A stretch of DNA of 64,000 nucleotides from an uncultured Gemmatimonadaceae bacterium. GTDB lineage: Bacteria; Gemmatimonadota; Gemmatimonadetes; Gemmatimonadales; Gemmatimonadaceae. Position 1 is the first letter of the stretch. Every line of letters begins with the position of its first letter. Location of the stretch: positions 96,001 to 160,000 of the forward strand of contig CAVVTZ010000009.1 of NCBI GenBank assembly GCA_963751275.1, written 5' to 3'. This document shows, piece by piece, positions 62,027-64,000 of this stretch. The notes beneath the pieces were generated by a model. It did no database searches and was not told where the DNA came from. It worked only from the letters and a program-made list of their open reading frames with translations. A program made the position numbers and the translations under genes.

Positions 62027-62949
62027 GGCGAGATCACTCCGCCCGCGAGCACCGTGCGGGGCGCGTCGAGCGACACGCCCCACGCGATGCGCGTGAGATC
62101 GCGCAGCTCGGCGCGCAGCCGCGCGAGGAAGTAGAGCACGGGCCCGAGTCCCAGCGGCTCGCGGCGCGCGTTGGCGCGCTGCGCCTTGAGCAGCGTCTGC
62201 AGCGAGGCGCGCTCGATCGCGTCGGCGGTGGGAACGCCCTTGGCGATCGCGCGGGAGAGCGGCGTGCCGGGCATCTCCGCGCGCAGCGGCGCGAGCTCCT
62301 TCTCCGGATCGGCCGCGAGCAGCGCGGTGAAGGCCCGCTGCGAGAGCGACGAGATCTTGATGAGATCCTTGAGCGCGCGGTCGCCCTTCTTCGCGGCGGC
62401 CGCCTCGCGCTCCGCGTAGGCAGCATCGAGCGCGCGCTCCAGCACGTAGAGATCCGGCTGTTCGCGCCGCGCTTCGGTGAGGATCGCGCCGGCAAGCGGA
62501 TGTTCCCATGCCGCGAGGAGCGCCGCGACGGCCGCGGGCGTCGGCTGACGGCAGAGTTCGTCCAGCGCCTGATCGCCGAGCGATGGCGTGGCGATGAGCC
62601 CCGCGCGCCGCTCTTCGGGCGCCGTGCCGGCCGCCGCGCCGCGCAGCGCCGCACGAATGGAGCGATGATCCTCGGCGTCGAACACGGGCACGAGCGCGTC
62701 CACGCGGTCGCCGCACCAGCGCATCAGGATCGCCAGGCGCGACTGCGCCTCGCGCCGCGTCGCGAGCTCAATGCCCAGCGGCGACGGCGGATCCCCCGCC
62801 GCGATCTCCGGCGCCGCGCGCGCGAGCGCGTCAGCGAGCGCGCGTACGTCGTGGGCGCCGGCGAGATCGCGCAGCCGCGCACCACCCAGCAGCCGCGTGC
62901 TCAACCCGCGCGCCCGTGCGCTCACATCGCCCCACCCGGTGCTCGTCAT
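62023..62949 (-). CDS. V/A-type ATPase subunit C/d
   Basis: ARARGLSTRLL, LERALDAAY, ELRDLTRI; operon position. Confidence 0.82.
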   Translation of the reverse strand: MTSTGWGDVSARARGLSTRLLGGARLRDLAGAHDVRALADALARAAPEIAAGDPPSPLGIELATRREAQSRLAILMRWCGDRVDALVPVFDAEDHRSIRAALRGAAAGTAPEERRAGLIATPSLGDQALDELCRQPTPAAVAALLAAWEHPLAGAILTEARREQPDLYVLERALDAAYAEREAAAAKKGDRALKDLIKISSLSQRAFTALLAADPEKELAPLRAEMPGTPLSRAIAKGVPTADAIERASLQTLLKAQRANARREPLGLGPVLYFLARLRAELRDLTRIAWGVSLDAPRTVLAGGVISP

Positions 62950-63512
62950 CGCTGCTCCACCGCGCGCACGATCTCGATCGCCAGCGCCGCGCGCATCCGA
63001 TCCAGCCGCGCCTCGGCGGTCCCATCCACGCGCAACGTGCCATCGCTCATTGCCACGATCACTCCCGCCTGGATCTCTGCGTCCACCGTCACGGTCGTAT
63101 GCTGCCGTCCCGCCGCGGCCTTCTTAACCGCCGCGAGATCCTTCTTCGCGCACCGCAATTCCGCCCCACCCTCCGGCAGATATTCGAGTGCGGCCGCCAC
63201 CTGCCGCTGAAGCCACGCATCGGTGGCTGCGCCAGCAAGCAGCTGCCGTGTGCGTTGCAGTACGCCGTTCACCACTCGCTCCCGAATCCCGAATCCCGAT
63301 TCCCGAGCCCTGCCGCGTGCTTTGAGCCGTTCGGCACTCTCGGCCGCCTGAAGTTCCTCGGAGCGCCGCAGCTTTCGCTCTTCGAGGTCGCGTGTCAGCC
63401 GCGCCGCGCTCTCCCCGTCGATGCGCGCCGCCTCCTCGCGCGCCTTCGCGATCACCGCGCGCGCCTCGGCCTCGCCCTCCGCCGCCAGGACCTCGAGCAG
63501 GGTCGTGGTCAC
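62946..63512 (-). CDS. V/A-type ATPase subunit E
   Basis: N-terminal coiled coil; GVIV...VDGT..RL. Confidence 0.82.
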   Translation of the reverse strand: MTTTLLEVLAAEGEAEARAVIAKAREEAARIDGESAARLTRDLEERKLRRSEELQAAESAERLKARGRARESGFGIRERVVNGVLQRTRQLLAGAATDAWLQRQVAAALEYLPEGGAELRCAKKDLAAVKKAAAGRQHTTVTVDAEIQAGVIVAMSDGTLRVDGTAEARLDRMRAALAIEIVRAVEQR

Positions 63513-63736
63513 CCGCCCGTTCCCGAGCGCAGGATGATGAGCACCGCCACCACGAAGCCGAGGATGACCATCGTCTCCGGGATCGCCACGAGGATCACGG
63601 CGGTCGCGGAAAGTTCCGGTTTCTCGGCGAGAGTGGCGGAGATCGCCGCCCCGATGCGCGATTGCGCCCAGGCGGTCGCCAACGCCGCGAGCGCCATGAC
63701 GCCCGCCGCCGCCAATGCAGTCCAGACCGTGTTCAT
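63509..63736 (-). CDS. V/A-type ATPase proteolipid subunit K/c
   Basis: Single hairpin AQSRIG...IPET. Confidence 0.9.
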   Translation of the reverse strand: MNTVWTALAAAGVMALAALATAWAQSRIGAAISATLAEKPELSATAVILVAIPETMVILGFVVAVLIILRSGTGG

Positions 63737-63755
63737 AGTTCGCTCCAGTGAGAGA

Positions 63756-64000
63756 TCACCGCGGCGCGCCGGCGTGCCAGCGCGTCAACGGGTGGTACGG
63801 CAGCCCGCCCGGGCTGTAGAACTTCCCGAAGAACTCCACGTAATGCAGACGCAGCGCGTGGATCGTCGGGCCGAACAGACCGATCGCGAAATTCACGAGG
63901 TGGAAGAGCAGCGCGAAGACCAATCCCACGGCCACGCTCCCCAACGCCCCCACCATCCGGTTCGCCACGGCCGCGAGCATCACGCTGGCCGTGCCGAGCG
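63756..64000 (-). CDS. V/A-type ATPase subunit I (C-terminal part; starts beyond window)
   Basis: IHALRLHYVEFFGKFY. Confidence 0.92.
   Translation of the reverse strand, partial: LGTASVMLAAVANRMVGALGSVAVGLVFALLFHLVNFAIGLFGPTIHALRLHYVEFFGKFYSPGGLPYHPLTRWHAGAPR

Overview
High-GC bacterial chromosome segment. Gene style (Ser/Thr kinase, EF-G paralogue, DUF1800/DUF1501) suggests Gemmatimonadota, but that is inference. About ten single-base frameshifts in otherwise intact genes are most likely assembly indels. Main content: a Ser/Thr kinase; a Ni/Co permease with a tiny Cys-rich ORF; yyaL, crcB-DUF190, PHP/ArnT/M20 genes; Rho with a long disordered N-terminus; a regulatory island; DUF1800-DUF1501-deacetylase; a divergent alpha-glucan (GH15-GT4-GH57-GDE-zwf) and pentose-phosphate supercluster with cydAB embedded; tandem outer-membrane barrels; EF-G II; and most of a V/A-type ATPase operon. 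Two candidate undescribed systems stand out. (1) A putative peptide-signalling module at 14.8-17.6 kb: an AraC-type regulator, an unannotated 43-aa lipopeptide precursor and a cytoplasmic TPR protein. The peptide and TPR promoters share an identically spaced TGTCC direct-repeat site. (2) A family of inverted 7-bp and 9-bp periodic repeat cassettes. One carries a four-helix-bundle gene, others are empty, some solo arrays sit in-frame inside V-ATPase subunits, and nearby coding sequence shows a local halo of C-depleted codons. No tRNA, rRNA, CRISPR array, transposase or integrase was recognised.
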